DNA from: a virus
Lineage: Duplodnaviria; Caudoviricetes
Virus record (IMG/VR): IMGVR_UViG_3300029928_000002
Span: 32,001-96,000 of that record
Length of the DNA stretch: 64,000 bases
Strand: one strand, 5' to 3'
Both the position numbers and the translations under genes were made by a program. A model generated the notes under the pieces. That model had not been told where the DNA came from. It saw only the letters and a list, made by a program, of their open reading frames with translations, and made no database searches. Positions 39,360-53,900 of the stretch are shown in pieces (position 1 is the first letter of the stretch; each line of letters starts with the position of its first letter).

Positions 39360-41230
39360 ATATAAATTTTAAAAAGTTCTAGAATGGGGGTTCAATAGCC
39401 CCCTTTCTAGCCTCTTATACACCAGTACAAGTAAATACAACAGCAGCTGACCCTGCTTTATCTTTATTTGATAATACTGGCAATTCTACAGCAACTACTG
39501 CTAAAAGTTCTGATAGTATTGACATGAAAGATACTATGGAACTATTAAAAAGTATGAGAGGTTTAGATACTGATGTATCTTTAGTTAGCACTACCCTAGC
39601 TTAGTAGGCTAAAAGAGATGCATTGTTTGGTACAGGAGATCCTGTATTACAATATTATAAGAATATAGATTTAATAAATAAAGTTATTGAATCTAAAGAA
39701 GAATATAAAGATGCTTACGATCAGGCTAAAGCTCAAGGAGCTTTGTCTGAAGCTGCTATTTCATCTGACGGTAGGGTGGTAGTTAAAACTTAGAAAGGAT
39801 ATAATTTAGTTACTCCTAGACAAGCTTTAGCCTTATAGGCACAAGGGGTAGCTGCTATATAGAAGAACTCAGATTTACTTAAAGCTCGTAGACACGACCC
39901 TTCTTTAGCTTTATAGAATGAAGTGTTATCTATAGTTCAAAACAGTGTATCATTTACAACTGTTAAGAAGACTGTAGATTCTATTGTAAAATAGTTAGGT
40001 AAATCTACTGTTACACAAGAAGGCTATAGTGCTAGAGAAGGTAACTAGATTCAAGCAGGTATTGCAGCTATTAAAAATGCTGGAGTAGGCCCTATGGATG
40101 GAGTTTATAAGGTAACTTATAAAAATGAAACTCAAGAAAAATAGGCTCAAATGGCTTTGGATGCTGTATATAGAAATCTAAATGATACTTAGAAAGCCTA
40201 TCTATAGTTAAATTCTGGAGGTACTCCAGAAGGAGTTTATGGCCTGTTAAAAGAAATGATATTAAGCCAAACTTCTTCCTTGCAGGAAGTTAGGTCTAAA
40301 TATCTTAAGCCTACTAATACTTCAACTGGTAGTGGTTCTTCTAAAGGAAGTAGTGCTTAGAATTCTTTAGGAGATGTCAAGATGGATCCGGCTGTCCAAT
40401 TTGCTTTAGGATATGGTACTAAAGAAAAAGTACCTATTATGGGTAAGGGACAGATAGGTATAGATGTTACTGCTAATTCTATTGCTATGTAGGATGCTCA
40501 AGGCAATCCTCAAGATATGCTTACTTTAGGACAATTAGTTAGCGGTCGTCTTGGAGGTATGTTTGTAAAACGAGCTTCTATGGACGGTGCTATGTTATCT
40601 CCAGATTCTCTTAACAAAGTTGTAGTAGATGGAGGTAGAGTTTATTCTACAGAATTACCAGTAGATAGGTAGGCTTTAGCTAAAGGTGTTGTCAGACCAG
40701 ACTTTGGATTACTTAACAAAATAGAACAAGCTAATAGCTAGTTAGGTAATCTTGGCAGAATACCACAAGATCAATTAACTCCTGCTTAGAAGACTTAGAT
40801 TAATAAAGTATATCAACGTAATGGTATTGCAGCTAAATACGATGTAAATGGTAATCTTACTTCTGAGTATAGAAGATTTGCTGTAGTGAATGGTACTGCT
40901 ACAGAAAGAGCTTTCCAAGGAGGGTAGCCTAACTTTACAATAGAAGCAGCTGAAGCTGATGATCAAGCTAGAAGTAATTATGTAGATAATATCAAACAAC
41001 TTACTCAAAACAAAGACTTTAAGTTGGATAACGGTTGGTTCGGAACATTTGGTACTGAAAAAGTATATAAAGGTACTATCTTTATTCCTATGAGTAGTAA
41101 TTTTGTAGATTACTATACAGGTAGTGGTATAAAGATGTCTGCCAATCAGTTTGACTAGATATAGCAACTTCAAAATCATAAAGATTAGTTATTAAGTAGG
41201 TATAATAATCCTGGTAATTTATCACAATGA
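39356..41230 (+). CDS. Virion cargo protein (624 aa)
   Basis: Starts MNINFKKFQNGG; invisible in the ORF track because of dense TAGs; ATGA overlaps at both ends. Confidence 0.75.
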
Positions 41231-44200
41231 TTCAGTAGAAAGAAAATGATATGTTGCTCAATGTTCTTGAAAATCCGTCATTTAGTATTGCGGATTTTCA
41301 AGATATTGGGCTTGATGTAAATAATACTTCTTTACAATCTAAAGATGTATATAAGAACAGTCAACAGGTTACTAGCAATCCTGCTGTACAAGATAATAAC
41401 GGAAACTTAGATACTGCTAAATTAGATGCAATTTATAATACAGCTACTGCAGTTTACAATACTATGGCTCAACAGGGTTACGATAAAACTCAAGATGTAA
41501 AGACATAGTATAGTAAATATGATATATTTGCACCTGATGATTAGGTAGATTGGGCACCTCAGTTTAATATTAATACTCATGAAGTAAACCCTGATAGGAC
41601 TACTTATTCTACAGTAAGGTTTGGTGAGCAAGGTGAGAGAACTAAAACTCCACAAGAAATAGCTCAATCTCAAAAAGTATATAATCCGGCTACAGGAGAA
41701 TGGGAGGCATCTCCAGAAGAATCATTCTTTGGTAATTTTAAAGATGTAAGGGCCTTAGCTTAGTACGATGAAGATGTTGATATTAATGGTAAGACTAAAG
41801 GGCAGACAGGATTTGATGCTGATAATATAGCACATCATGCCGGAGAACTAAAGATAAATCCGGATACTGGTACATATTATTATGAAGACCTTAATGGTAG
41901 AAATATTAGTGGTAGATAGCTTTTACATATATCTGACGTTCTTACTAATGAAGACAGCCCAATAAATGCTATTGACTTCTTAGATAGCGATGATATTCAT
42001 AAATCTGCTGTAGGTTCTTTTGTAAAGAATGCTGCTTTAGTAGGTAGTATGTTTTTACCTTATGTAGGACCAGTAGTTACTGGTGCTACTATAGTACAAC
42101 AAGCTGCTTCTTTTGGAGCTACATTGGGTAAGATACTTACTTCTTCTGACAATGCTGCTATGAATTATTTATAGGGTATGTCAGAAGCTACCAATTTCTC
42201 TAGAACTAGATCTGAATATGCTTCATAGAATATGTGGTCTCTGGAGAATTTATTTGGAATGATTGGAGATACTGTAGCCCAACTTAAGCAGTAGAGAATG
42301 TTGTTTGAACAACTTCCTAAACTTGTGGGAATGGATGGTAGAGTTCTTTCTGCTAAAGGCTAGCAAGCTATGTAGGACGAACTTCTAGCTAAATACAATA
42401 AATCTGGAGTTTTGGATAAAGCTATTCAAGACAAGTTTAAAATGCCTATGAATGAGCTTTATAAAACCAATCCTGCAGAGTTCATGAATGCTACTGAGTA
42501 GGTAAGATTAATTAATAATCTCAAAGCTGCATAGTCAATAGAGAATTATGTAAAGGATTATTATAATGTTGGTGGAGTTTTGTCTAAGGCTTATATGACA
42601 ATGCTTACTGTTAATGACACCTATCAAGAAGCTAAAAATGCCGGAGCATCCGATTCTTTAGCTGCACTTACTACTATGGGATATGCTGCTGCTGAGTATG
42701 CTTTATTAAGTACAGGATTAGGTGAATGGATTTTGCCAGAACTTAGAGCTTCTAGAATGTAGAACAAAGCTATTGTAAAAGCTCTAACTAAAGATACTGT
42801 ATAGGCTTTCGAATAGGCTAATGCTAAAGCTATAACTCCAGAACTCAAACGTAGTTTATGGGCCAAGACAATTAACTTTGGTAAAAAGCTATTTAATGCT
42901 GATTATGCAGTAGGTAGATAGGGAACTTTGGGTAAAACTATTGCTTCTACTGCAGCTTCTGCCTTAGGTGAAGGTACTGAAGAAGTAAGTGAAGATGTAC
43001 TTCAAGACTTTGTAAAGAGAACGTACAATTTCTATAATGAAATTAATGGCTCCTCTTCAAGAATGCATACCGAAAATTGGAAAGACCAATACTTAATGGA
43101 TTTCTTGGGAGGTGCTTTAGGTGGTGGTATAGCTAATGTATCTATTAATTTTAAAACTAATAGAGAAGCTAGTAATATGACTACCGAAAAAGCTGCTCAA
43201 CAACTTGTGTATATGAGTAGAAATAAAGAGCAGCTTAATGATTTCTATAAGGTATTGGATAAAACAGATATTGGCAATAAATATCTGTCTGCCACCAAAA
43301 CTGTAACTGATTCTAATGGAAATGTTATAGGTTATGAACAAGGTACTAAAGACGATAATCAGGATAAAGCTATTAAAGATTTAGTACGTCAGAATTTGGA
43401 TTTAATACAAACTACTTTAAGTGTTGATGGGGCAGATTTAGATGATAAATCTTTATTTGATGCTAATACTTTAAAAGATTTACGTTGGCAGTATTTATAT
43501 AACAGTACTTCTACCGCAAATCTTATACAATCATTTAATACTTTGGCTACTAGAGCTTTAAGAATTCATTCTGATATTGCAACTTTGAATCAGAAATTAC
43601 CAGACCAAGAATATAAAAAGGATGACCCACAATATCAAGATATACAAAAAGCTATACAATCTAAACAGCAAGAACTTACAGATGTTTAGAATCAAATTAA
43701 AGATTTAAGAGAAGGTAAAAAGTCTGCCTTGTTTATGGCACAGGCTATACTTGAAACTACTCCTTATGTATTACAAGGATTTGATAAAGCTGCTACATTC
43801 CAAGGATTTGCTGAAACTAATAGTGGAAAGAAATATGAAGATATTTCAGACGATGAATTAAATAGTTTAAAAACTAAATATCAAGATTATATTAATGGGC
43901 CTAAAAAAGAATATGTAGCACAAGCTACTAATCAGTATTTATATGCTACAAGACTATTTAGTAATAAGTTACAAGAAGTTTCGGATACTTACACACGGTT
44001 AGTTGATGAAGGGTAGAAAGAGTTAACACAACTATCTGATACAGTTAACGCTCTAACCGAATTATAGAATTTATCATAGGAAGATCCCGATAAGTTTTTG
44101 GAAGTATCTTAGAAAGTCTAGGATCGTATTAAAAACTCTGTTGCTTTATCTAAAGAAGACTTAGATAGGTTAGATGCTTTAGCAAAAGCTAATGATAATT

Positions 44201-47200
44201 ATAATGCTGAAGAGACTCCATCTAATCCAAGCGAACAGGCTTTAAATCTTGGGGAAGAACCTTTATTTGGGGAAGAACAACCTTCAACATCTCCCGATAC
44301 TTCTAAAACAGCTACTATAAGTGATGTTGATTCAGCCCTAACTAGCAAAATAACAGATACGGATACTATAGATAGTTCTACTTATGCAGAAGCTGTTTAG
44401 CGCATTCTCAGCGATGCTTATAGTAGGAATTTAGAGGAAACTGTTAACAGATTAACTTCTATAGGTTCTATACCGGCGGATTTAAAATAGAATTTAGTTA
44501 AGGTTATATCTAAAACTAAAGATTTTATTTTCGGAAGACTCGGTAATCTTAGTTAGGATATGATTCAGATTGGTAATTGGAATCTCATCAATGAAGTTAA
44601 TAGTAAAAATAAAGAGTTTGTAGACAACTTGGATAAGTTGTAGAAAATTGTAGACAACTTATCCTATACTCCAGTAATGGATATTTTAGACAGTTATAAC
44701 TCTGCTATAAATGGAAGTCCTATTAAAATATCAGAAGTATTTGAAAAATTAAAAGCTCTTGAGAGTTAGAGTAGTTCTGATGTATCCCAATTCTTATTAG
44801 ATGATGATTTATCTAAACAGCTGAATCAGGCATCTGTTATACTGGATTAGGTACAATCGATAGTTAGTGGTGCTAGAACTGATGATGCTGCTTTAACTAT
44901 GGTTGATGAGAATACCCTATAGCCTAAAGATAATATTTGGGGTATTAATAAGACCTTAAATGATATAGCTAAAGCTAGTAAAGATGATTCTTGGAAAGAT
45001 CTACCTGCTATTAGTGGATCTGTGGCTGATGCTATATATACTGATATACATTCCATTAAGGTAAGATTGGATTATTATAAAACCCTTTACGGAATAAATA
45101 GAGGATAGAAATTAAATTCTTAGAGTAGAATATCTGTTAATTCATCATATTTAAATTATAAGAGAGTTAAACAACTTTCTGATATAGTTCCAGACGATTG
45201 GGATAAGTCTGATTTAGACACCATATTGCCAACATTAGTTACATTAGAAGCTAATTATAATTCTGGTAATTTAAATCTTGATAAAGATACATAGATTAAA
45301 TTAAAGAAAGAATCCATATAGTTAGAAGATGCTATTTATGAATTTTTCTAGAAGAATAAAGATAAAGATTTCTCAGAACTGTTTAATGAGAAGTCTTATA
45401 AACTTCTTACTGAAAAGTACACCTTGTTAAATGAATCTACTACAGATATTGATAGTAATTCATTTATGGGATGGTTGGCAGCAAAAGCTTCTATTAAAAC
45501 TTCATCCTTCTTAAAAGGATTGTATGGAATTAATGATACTAAAATAGTTCCTCTAGATCCATAGATTTAGGCTATATAGTTAAGTGTAGCAAATATTATT
45601 AATGGAAATACTATAAGTAAGTTTGTTCAGGCTGCTAAAGATGCAACAAGGAAATATATAGATAATTTATCCGTTTCTGAGAGATATGAGTATTTTAAAT
45701 AGTTATATCCTAATAATACTACTGTAGCGGCAATATTATCTACTGAGAGAGGTAAACAATTATTCTATACATTCTCTTCTTTTGCTCCACAGTATTCTAA
45801 TATAACTTTAGTAGAAGGACAGGCAGGAGCAGGAAAATCCTCAGCAGTACTTAAACTTACTTCAGAATTTATATAGAAATATTATCCAGATGCTCTAAAG
45901 AATGCCTGGACAGCAAATACAAGTGAAGATACTGCTACTAAACTTAGAGATAACCTAGGAATTAAGGATGGTAAAGTGTTTAGTAGAGAATCTTTACTAA
46001 AAACCGTATTAACGGATTATACTACTCCAGATATTAATGCTGATGGTACTATAAATACTTCTAAAGATACCAAACCTAGGATAATTTTTGATGATAGTGG
46101 ATTACATCATAATTATACTCTAAATGATAATACTACGGAAGTTCCTAAAGTTATATTTATAGACGAAATAGGTAGATATACTTGGGATGAGGTAGATGCT
46201 TTAAATGATTGGGCTGCTAAAAATAATGTATCTATTATAACTGCAGGAGACTTGCATCAGTCTCAGACTGTTTATGACATAGCTTTAAAAAATATAAATG
46301 GATGGTCTAATTATAAAAATGATATTTAGAATGAAATAGCTAGCAATAATTTAATACATCCTAAATCCAAAACTTTGGTAGATAGTATTAAAACTGATAC
46401 TTCAGCTATTTTGTCTATACAAAGCAATGCTTTCCTACATACTCCAAAATTAGGATCTTCTCTCAGAACTGCAAACAGTCAGCAAGATGCAAATCAACAA
46501 GTTGTTGACAGTGTTCTTGATAACATAGATTCTTATAACAAAGAATTAACTTTACATTATTGGGAATCTGATACAGAACTTCGAGGAACCAAAGTAGTTA
46601 TTGATGATGTCAAGAGTGTTGAGGAATCCTTAATTAAGATGATTGCTAAATTAGGTAAAGATGAAAAGATTGGCTATGTATATAATGATACTAAATCAAA
46701 ATTATACCAATTAATTAATTCCACACCTAAATACAAGGATCATATTGAATTTTATAAAGGTAATTCAGCACAAGGATCTGAAGGAAGATATTGGATAATA
46801 GAACCTAATACCAAAGCATCTGAGTATCCTCTAATGTAGGACATATACACCAGTATTACTAGAGCTTAGGAAGGAAGTGTATTAGTATTTGCACATACTT
46901 ATGGAGGTCCTAATGTAAAACTTATATAGAGTGTACAAGATAAAGAATCACAAGTACTATCGTTCAGTGATTCTGATAAAGCTAGGTACACTAGACGTTA
47001 CTTAGACATAAGTAATGCTGCTTTACAATCTTTCACAGATACTGCTTTACCTAAATATCAAGAAAGAACGAATAATTCTTCAACTAATACTAAATCAACT
47101 TCAACTAAAGCTGGTGGAGTTGGTAATGGTAATGGTACTGGAACAAGTGGTCAAGGAACAACTGGTAATGGTGGAACACAAGGTGGAACACAAGATGGAA

Positions 47201-50200
47201 CACAAGGTGGAAGTACTTCTTCTCAAAACCCTGCTCCTGCCCCTACACCAAAACCAAGTAATCCTAAAGAATATGTTACTTCTATGGCTAATTATAAGGA
47301 TAAATATGGAGTAGATTGGAAAGTTCTTTTAGATGGATTGGCCGAATATACAGCTGAAAAAGCAGCAAATGGGCATATCATTATTTCTTTCCCTAGTCCG
47401 ATGTAGGTTTAGTGGGGAGTTATGATTGGTTCTTTAAATGGATTAGACATAGATCCCGTATCTAAAGAAACAACTGCTATAGGATTACAGCATCCTAAAG
47501 ATGGTAAACCTTATATTCCTTAGGATTCTAATTTTGATGCATTTTTAGCTCAATAGGTATAGAATTTAGGTATTCAACCTACTACTTAGCCAACTCCAGA
47601 ACCAACTCCAGAACCAACTCCAGAACCAGAACCATAGTCACAGCCGTAGCCCGCACCGCAACCTTCTTCTAAACCAAAAAAGAAACGGCCTGTAACTTCT
47701 AAAGTAGAATGGAGTGAATTAGACCCAAATGCTTATACTGTAGATACATCTTCAGAAGATACTAAAATTACATTTAACAATAGTGTAAAAATTTCTAAAG
47801 CATGGTCAAACTAGTATATTAATGGAGGCAATTATTCAAAATTGTATAGTATTTCTATAACTCCAAGTAACTTAGTTAAAGCGACCTTTACAAAAGGCTC
47901 CAAATATACTACTAAATATACAGATGCTACTCTTGGCGATATTTCTAGTTTGGAACCTGAATTACAATCTTTTATAAATAATATATTAAATTCTAAACAA
48001 TATCCTGCAGAATAGGGACTATCTGATGATGATGCTCAAAAGCAGGAATTGCATAAAGCTGATTCTGAAGACAATAATATCTAGGAAATAATTGATTAGG
48101 CAGAAAATTAGTCAGTATCCGGAAATAACAGTGCTGTTCGAGATTTCTTCTTCATGGATTCTAGTAAAACTTTTGAAGTTGGTTGGGTTAAAGATAATTC
48201 TGGAATTTATAAACCATCTTCTTCAAATGAGAAGACATATAATAGAATTGATGGATTCAATGGATTATTTAATGCTAATGGTACTTGGAAGAGTGTATAT
48301 AAATTTAATGATAAAGGAAATGATACTCTACAAAAGAGACAAGAAAAGGCTATTAAATTAATAGGACAGCTACGCCAATTCGCCTTTAATATCAATAATA
48401 AGTAGCAGTTAGTTGAGGTAATAGCTAAAGCTCTTAAATTAGAAAAGAGTAATCCTTATGTTACATTTGCTATAAAATCTGGAGATGTGGTTTCTGTCAA
48501 TGGAGATAGTAATGGACATCATATAGCTTAGAAAAGCAACTTTAACAAATTCGATAAGGATTCTGAGGAAAAAACTCTATACAGCAATAATTCCGAAAAA
48601 GTATATAATCGTAACTTAGTTATGATTATAGGTAATGGTGGATAGGATGTATTAGAAATTCCATTACTTAAATTAAATTCTCCCCAAACTAAAATACAGA
48701 GTTTGGGCGATAATTTTAAGGAATTGTATATCAATACTTTAAACGCCTGTAATGGAGATGAGCGACAGGCTTTAATCAAAATAGCAGCAAATCCTCTTAT
48801 AAGAGACCATTAGGATATAGTAGACTGGATTAAGATATATACTAATACCAACAATGTTAGGACTATATATTATTAGAATGATCCTGACTGGACATTAGGA
48901 AAATTCTCCAATCTTGGGCCTCAGTATAATGCTGACAGAGGACTAGGTTTTTATGATGCTAACTAGAGTTTACAACAAACTAGAGATTTAACACCTTTAG
49001 AATCTATACAACGCCCTGATATAATAGTATCTGACGTACTTTCTTATATTAGTAATAGAGGTAAAACAGATGATGGTGTAACTTTAGTATCAAATCCTGG
49101 ACACTTATTTGTATTATATTCTTCAAATCCTAGCTACAATACTACAGAAAAACTTGTAAATAGGTATGTACAATGGAAAACTTAGAAAGCAAAAGGTGAA
49201 CCTTATATTCCAGATGTTCATATTAAATATATATCTACTCCTAAAGTATCTATCGACAACTATTTGGACAGCATTGTTAATATTACTATTAAAGGGTAGA
49301 AAGGAGTACCTATTTTAGGTAATGACAAAACTTCTTACCTAGTATTGAAGAGTATTTTCTTAGACAAAGGAGGTAATCCAATAAATGATGCTGGAATTAA
49401 AAATTTAATTGAAAAAGGTTGGGGAACTAAGGCTGCAGATAGTGTATATAATTTCCTTCTTACTAAAATATAGGAACTAAACACACTTCCCCTACCGCAG
49501 TTAATGAAGCGACTAAATTAGGTTGAAGACTGGAGTAAACCGAACCTAAATTAGGTTGAAGACTAGAGTAAACCGAACGGACTTCCCGGAGGATTTGGTT
49601 ATTCTGGAAAGAGTTTATCAACTTAGTTTATGTCAGTAATAAGACAGTTAATTGCTCCAGTAACAATAAAGGAAGATAGCTAGGGTAATTTCACAACAAA
49701 ACCTGAAGTCAACACTGATTGTAGAGAATTATTTGTTAACTTATTTAATAAATCAAAGCAACAGCTTTACTTCCAATCTAGACTTTAGAATTCACAAACT
49801 GCCAATGTAGGAAATACCTTATTTAAGAGAGTACAAACTGATCCTAATAATAGGTTTAGAATTAAATATGATGGAGGTATATAGAATTTAAAAACATAGT
49901 TTAATATATATGGGGATTTAGGTTCTAATGCATTTATTACAGACGATTCTTTTGGGGACTGGTTACATACTATTGCTGGTAGAATCGAACGGAGTAAGAA
50001 GGGAATAGAAAGTGATTTTGGAATATATATGGACGGACATTCTAATATTGCAAATTCCAAAAATACTGCTACACCTTCTTGGAATAGTTATTCTTAGAGT
50101 ATATTGAATGTCTTAGACAGCAGCTTTAAAAAAGGAATTGTTCCAGATTCACCTAATAGTTCTCTCACTGATGCTTAGATTTGGTCTATTAAAGAGGAGT

Positions 50201-50934
50201 TACGTAAAGGTAATAAAGATCTACTAATATTTACAAGTGGTAATAAAGCTACTCCTATAGTATTTGATACTGGAGGTCTTAATTTGTAGTTTATTTAGAA
50301 CGGAGAACCTACTTATAGACTACCTATAACTAGTAATGATTCAAACTTCGATGCTATAGATGGTATTACTAAAAAACACTATACAGTATATTTTAATTCA
50401 AGTACTGGTGAAATACGTATAGTAGATCCTTCAAGCATTCAGAAAAACCCTGCTCCACAAACTACTCAGTAGAAACCTTCTTAGAAGAAATCTACTAAAG
50501 AATAGAAGCCATAGCAGCAACCTACTCAAGAATTCAACAAAGAATTTTTATTAAACGATAATACTTTATCGGCATATAAATTATTATTAGAAAATGTATT
50601 AGGTAATGTCGGAGGAAAAGTCAGAAGTTTTAAAGAATTTGTTAGTTCAGCTTCAAATAAGAGTGATATATCTGAATGGAATACTTGGTTATAGGACAAA
50701 GGAGGTATAAGAGCACTTTAGAGGTTTATTATAAATACTTTAACAGTTGCTAAAACCACTAATCCTGGATTAATTACTGAAGAAGATAAAACTACTAAAT
50801 ATAACTTGGATAATGTGTCTCTTGAAGGCGACTACAAGGAAAAAGATAAATCTTTAGCTAAACAAATTCTTTCAAGTATATTGGAATATGAGAACAAAAA
50901 TATATCTTGTTCAATCGGAACTGTTAAACATTAA
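41227..50934 (+). CDS. Giant cargo protein with embedded SF1 (RecD-like) helicase domain (~3235 aa)
   Basis: Seven track ORFs in frame. EGQAGAGKS (45814), IFIDE (46153), AGDLHQ, SLRT, AQGSE and YTSITRA motifs in SF1 order. Confidence 0.78.
47587..47640 (+). repeat. Pro-rich coding repeat (PTPE)n
   Basis: ccaactccagaa x3 within a low-complexity linker after the helicase domain. Confidence 0.75.
49513..49578 (+). repeat. 33-bp tandem duplication with one mismatch
   Basis: ctaaattaggttgaagactggagtaaaccgaac followed by ctaaattaggttgaagactagagtaaaccgaac. Confidence 0.9.
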
Positions 50935-50939
50935 GTAAT

Positions 50940-53900
50940 ATGAATATATGTAAATATTCACGTGATTCATTCCAAGAGGATTTCGAGAATAATCTCGAAC
51001 CTCTTTGGAGTGATTCTCTTGTAATTAAAGATGCTGCCGGCAATGAGGTAGCCATAACAGATAATATAAGAAGAAATTATATAAATAGATTGATAGATTA
51101 TTTAGGAGGTTCTTACAATATTAAAGGTAATTTTTCAGATGCAGTAGAAGCTATACAAGAATCTATGGAGAATTACCTCGATGAACCTCTCCAACTGCCT
51201 GAAGAAGATATAGAAGCAGCTTTAAATCGTCACAGCATTACTTCAAGAGACTAGTTAAATGAAGATAGTTCTTCAACTAAATTGGAAAAAGATGATGAAA
51301 GAACTGCTTATAAAAATTCATTCAAGAATATTTATCTAACTAAATATTTTGGAAAATGTATTCCTGCATAGAATTACTGTACAAAACAGGCAATTAAAGC
51401 TATTGTAGACAGTTGTATTATTTCTCCAGAATATGATGATTCTGGAAATATTATAGCCAGACATATAGTAGTCGATGACAAATAGTTAAATAGAAATATC
51501 AGAAATATTTAGGAACAGTTATATCAAAACATACTTAAATATTTAAGAACTAGATTTTCTAAGAATATTGAAAAGGTAAACAGTTTACCTCAATCCTTAT
51601 ATTCTCAAGATTAGTCTGTATATACTGGAGGATTTGAGAGATTGAATGAAGAATTTGGAGATGTACTAAATCCAGATTCTTTTAACAGTTCTTATTTGGA
51701 CAATTTGTTTGTAACCTATAGTACAGCAGTTGGCCTTAGTAAATAGATTACTAAAACTGAAATAGATGGATATACCTCATGGGTAATGTTAACTAATTTT
51801 GATTCAGTACTTAGAGGAAATTTGGGAAGTTCTATATTTATAAATAGTACATTACCTGCTTTTAACCCAGAATCTGCTACAGGAAATCTTGATAGAGTTA
51901 AATATTCTCTCACCAAGGCTAAAGCTTCAAACATGAATAAATCATGGAGAACTTCTGAGGATATAGATGTTTCTGACGAGATTAGTAATGTAGTACAAGT
52001 ATTGATAAATAATATTCCATTTAAAGGAAGTGATAGAAATATTAGGTTTAATGAATTTGGATATATTATAGGAAAATTAAAAGACTTATCTTATCATATA
52101 AATCCCACTGCTAATTAGGTAGAATTTAATGATGATTTATATGTGAAAGATATATTAAATGGTGAATATATTAAAATATCTGACAGAACTAGGAATCTAG
52201 TTGAAGGTGACACTTTCTTTAAAATATTAAATAGTATATAGACTTCTGCACAAGAGTATATTCCAGCAATATTTGAAATATTAAGCAATGACGACTTACG
52301 AGGAAAATTAAAAGAATTGATTCAGGCAGATTACCAACTGTCAGACTTTGATGTAAATCTAATTAAGTCACTTTATGATGGATTGTTTAATCCTGATAGT
52401 AAAACCTCATTACTATATGCTAATGATGTAAGTGGTTACGATGCATAGAATTATATGGGTTATATTACTCAGGCTTGTGATGGAATTTCAAATGCTAGAT
52501 ATATTCAATATTTTAGAGACAGTGATGGAAATATTTATGCCCGAAATTTATATGACCAAACATTGGACGGTATCCAATCAGATATTGAAAATAATATATT
52601 AATATCTAATTCTAGGGATATTAAGCCTTTTGATTTTGAACATTTCCACGAATTTTCGGTTGAAACTAAAAAAGATGAAGATGGCAATGAATCGATAGTT
52701 TCTATAAGATTTAGAATTAATGATAATAAAGAGTATATAGTATATCCTAATAATAATAATGAAATAGTTACTAATGATGGAGTACGAACCTCTTTAGACA
52801 AAGCTGACTTTGATGATGTAAAGAATATCGTACAGGAAGTATTACATTAGAATTTTGACACTAATGATGAATATTATAAATCATTATTAATAGCATATAA
52901 TTAGCAGGAAGGAACAGCTTTATAGGACTTGCTTACTCTTTCCGGAAATGCTGTATTAAATCTTTATATATCAAATAAACTATTAATAGATTCTGATAAG
53001 AATCCAATTTATAATACTAGAGAGATACATGATGTTTTAAAGAATATATATGGAGAAATATCTAGAGGTAAACTTACCTCAAAAGCACCTAAGTATAATA
53101 AAAGTTTAGGTTAGATATATCTAACTTCTCAATATGACTATCCAATACTAAGTAAGTTAGCTTTAGCTAAAGCATTATATACTGGTAGAATAACCTCTTC
53201 ACAAGTACGAGATGGTAGTGGTAACGCACTTCCAAGCACTTCACTATCCCGTCTTTTAGGAAATATTCTACAACAATATTATACTAAAGGACTTACTGTG
53301 GATTCTGTTGTGAATAATGTAGCTCTATTCAAACCGGGAGTTTTACAAGGAGTATTTTAGGCTAAAGAGTTTAATAATAAATAGTAGAATACTTCTACAG
53401 CTCATACAGAATTTAATGCTGCTGAAATAGAATAGTCATAGTTATTTTATGATTTCTTACTAGGATTGCAACCCAAAATAAATAGTAGAACTCCTATAGG
53501 TGATGGTAAAATAGGTATATTACCTTCAGTCAATTCGGATAAATCTAATATAGGGAGAATTATTGTAGATTTAAATAGAATACTTATAAATGGTTAGTCC
53601 CTATATAAATGTTTGGTAGACACCTTTGGTAATGTACGTGAAAATGCTGAGGAAGTATTAGATTAGTTTATCTATGATGAACTGGGAAACAATAATGGTG
53701 TATATACAAAAATTATTGCAAATATCAATGCAAAATGGGATAAAACCTAGTAGGCTATAAATGAATATCTTACTCAATTTAATAGTCCTTATAGTAATAT
53801 TGCTGGAGAACGTACAGGCAGTATTATGGATAAATTGAATTAGGTTTATATTAAAAGTGACCGTACTATACAGAAACCCGCTGCTTTTCTTAATGATGTT

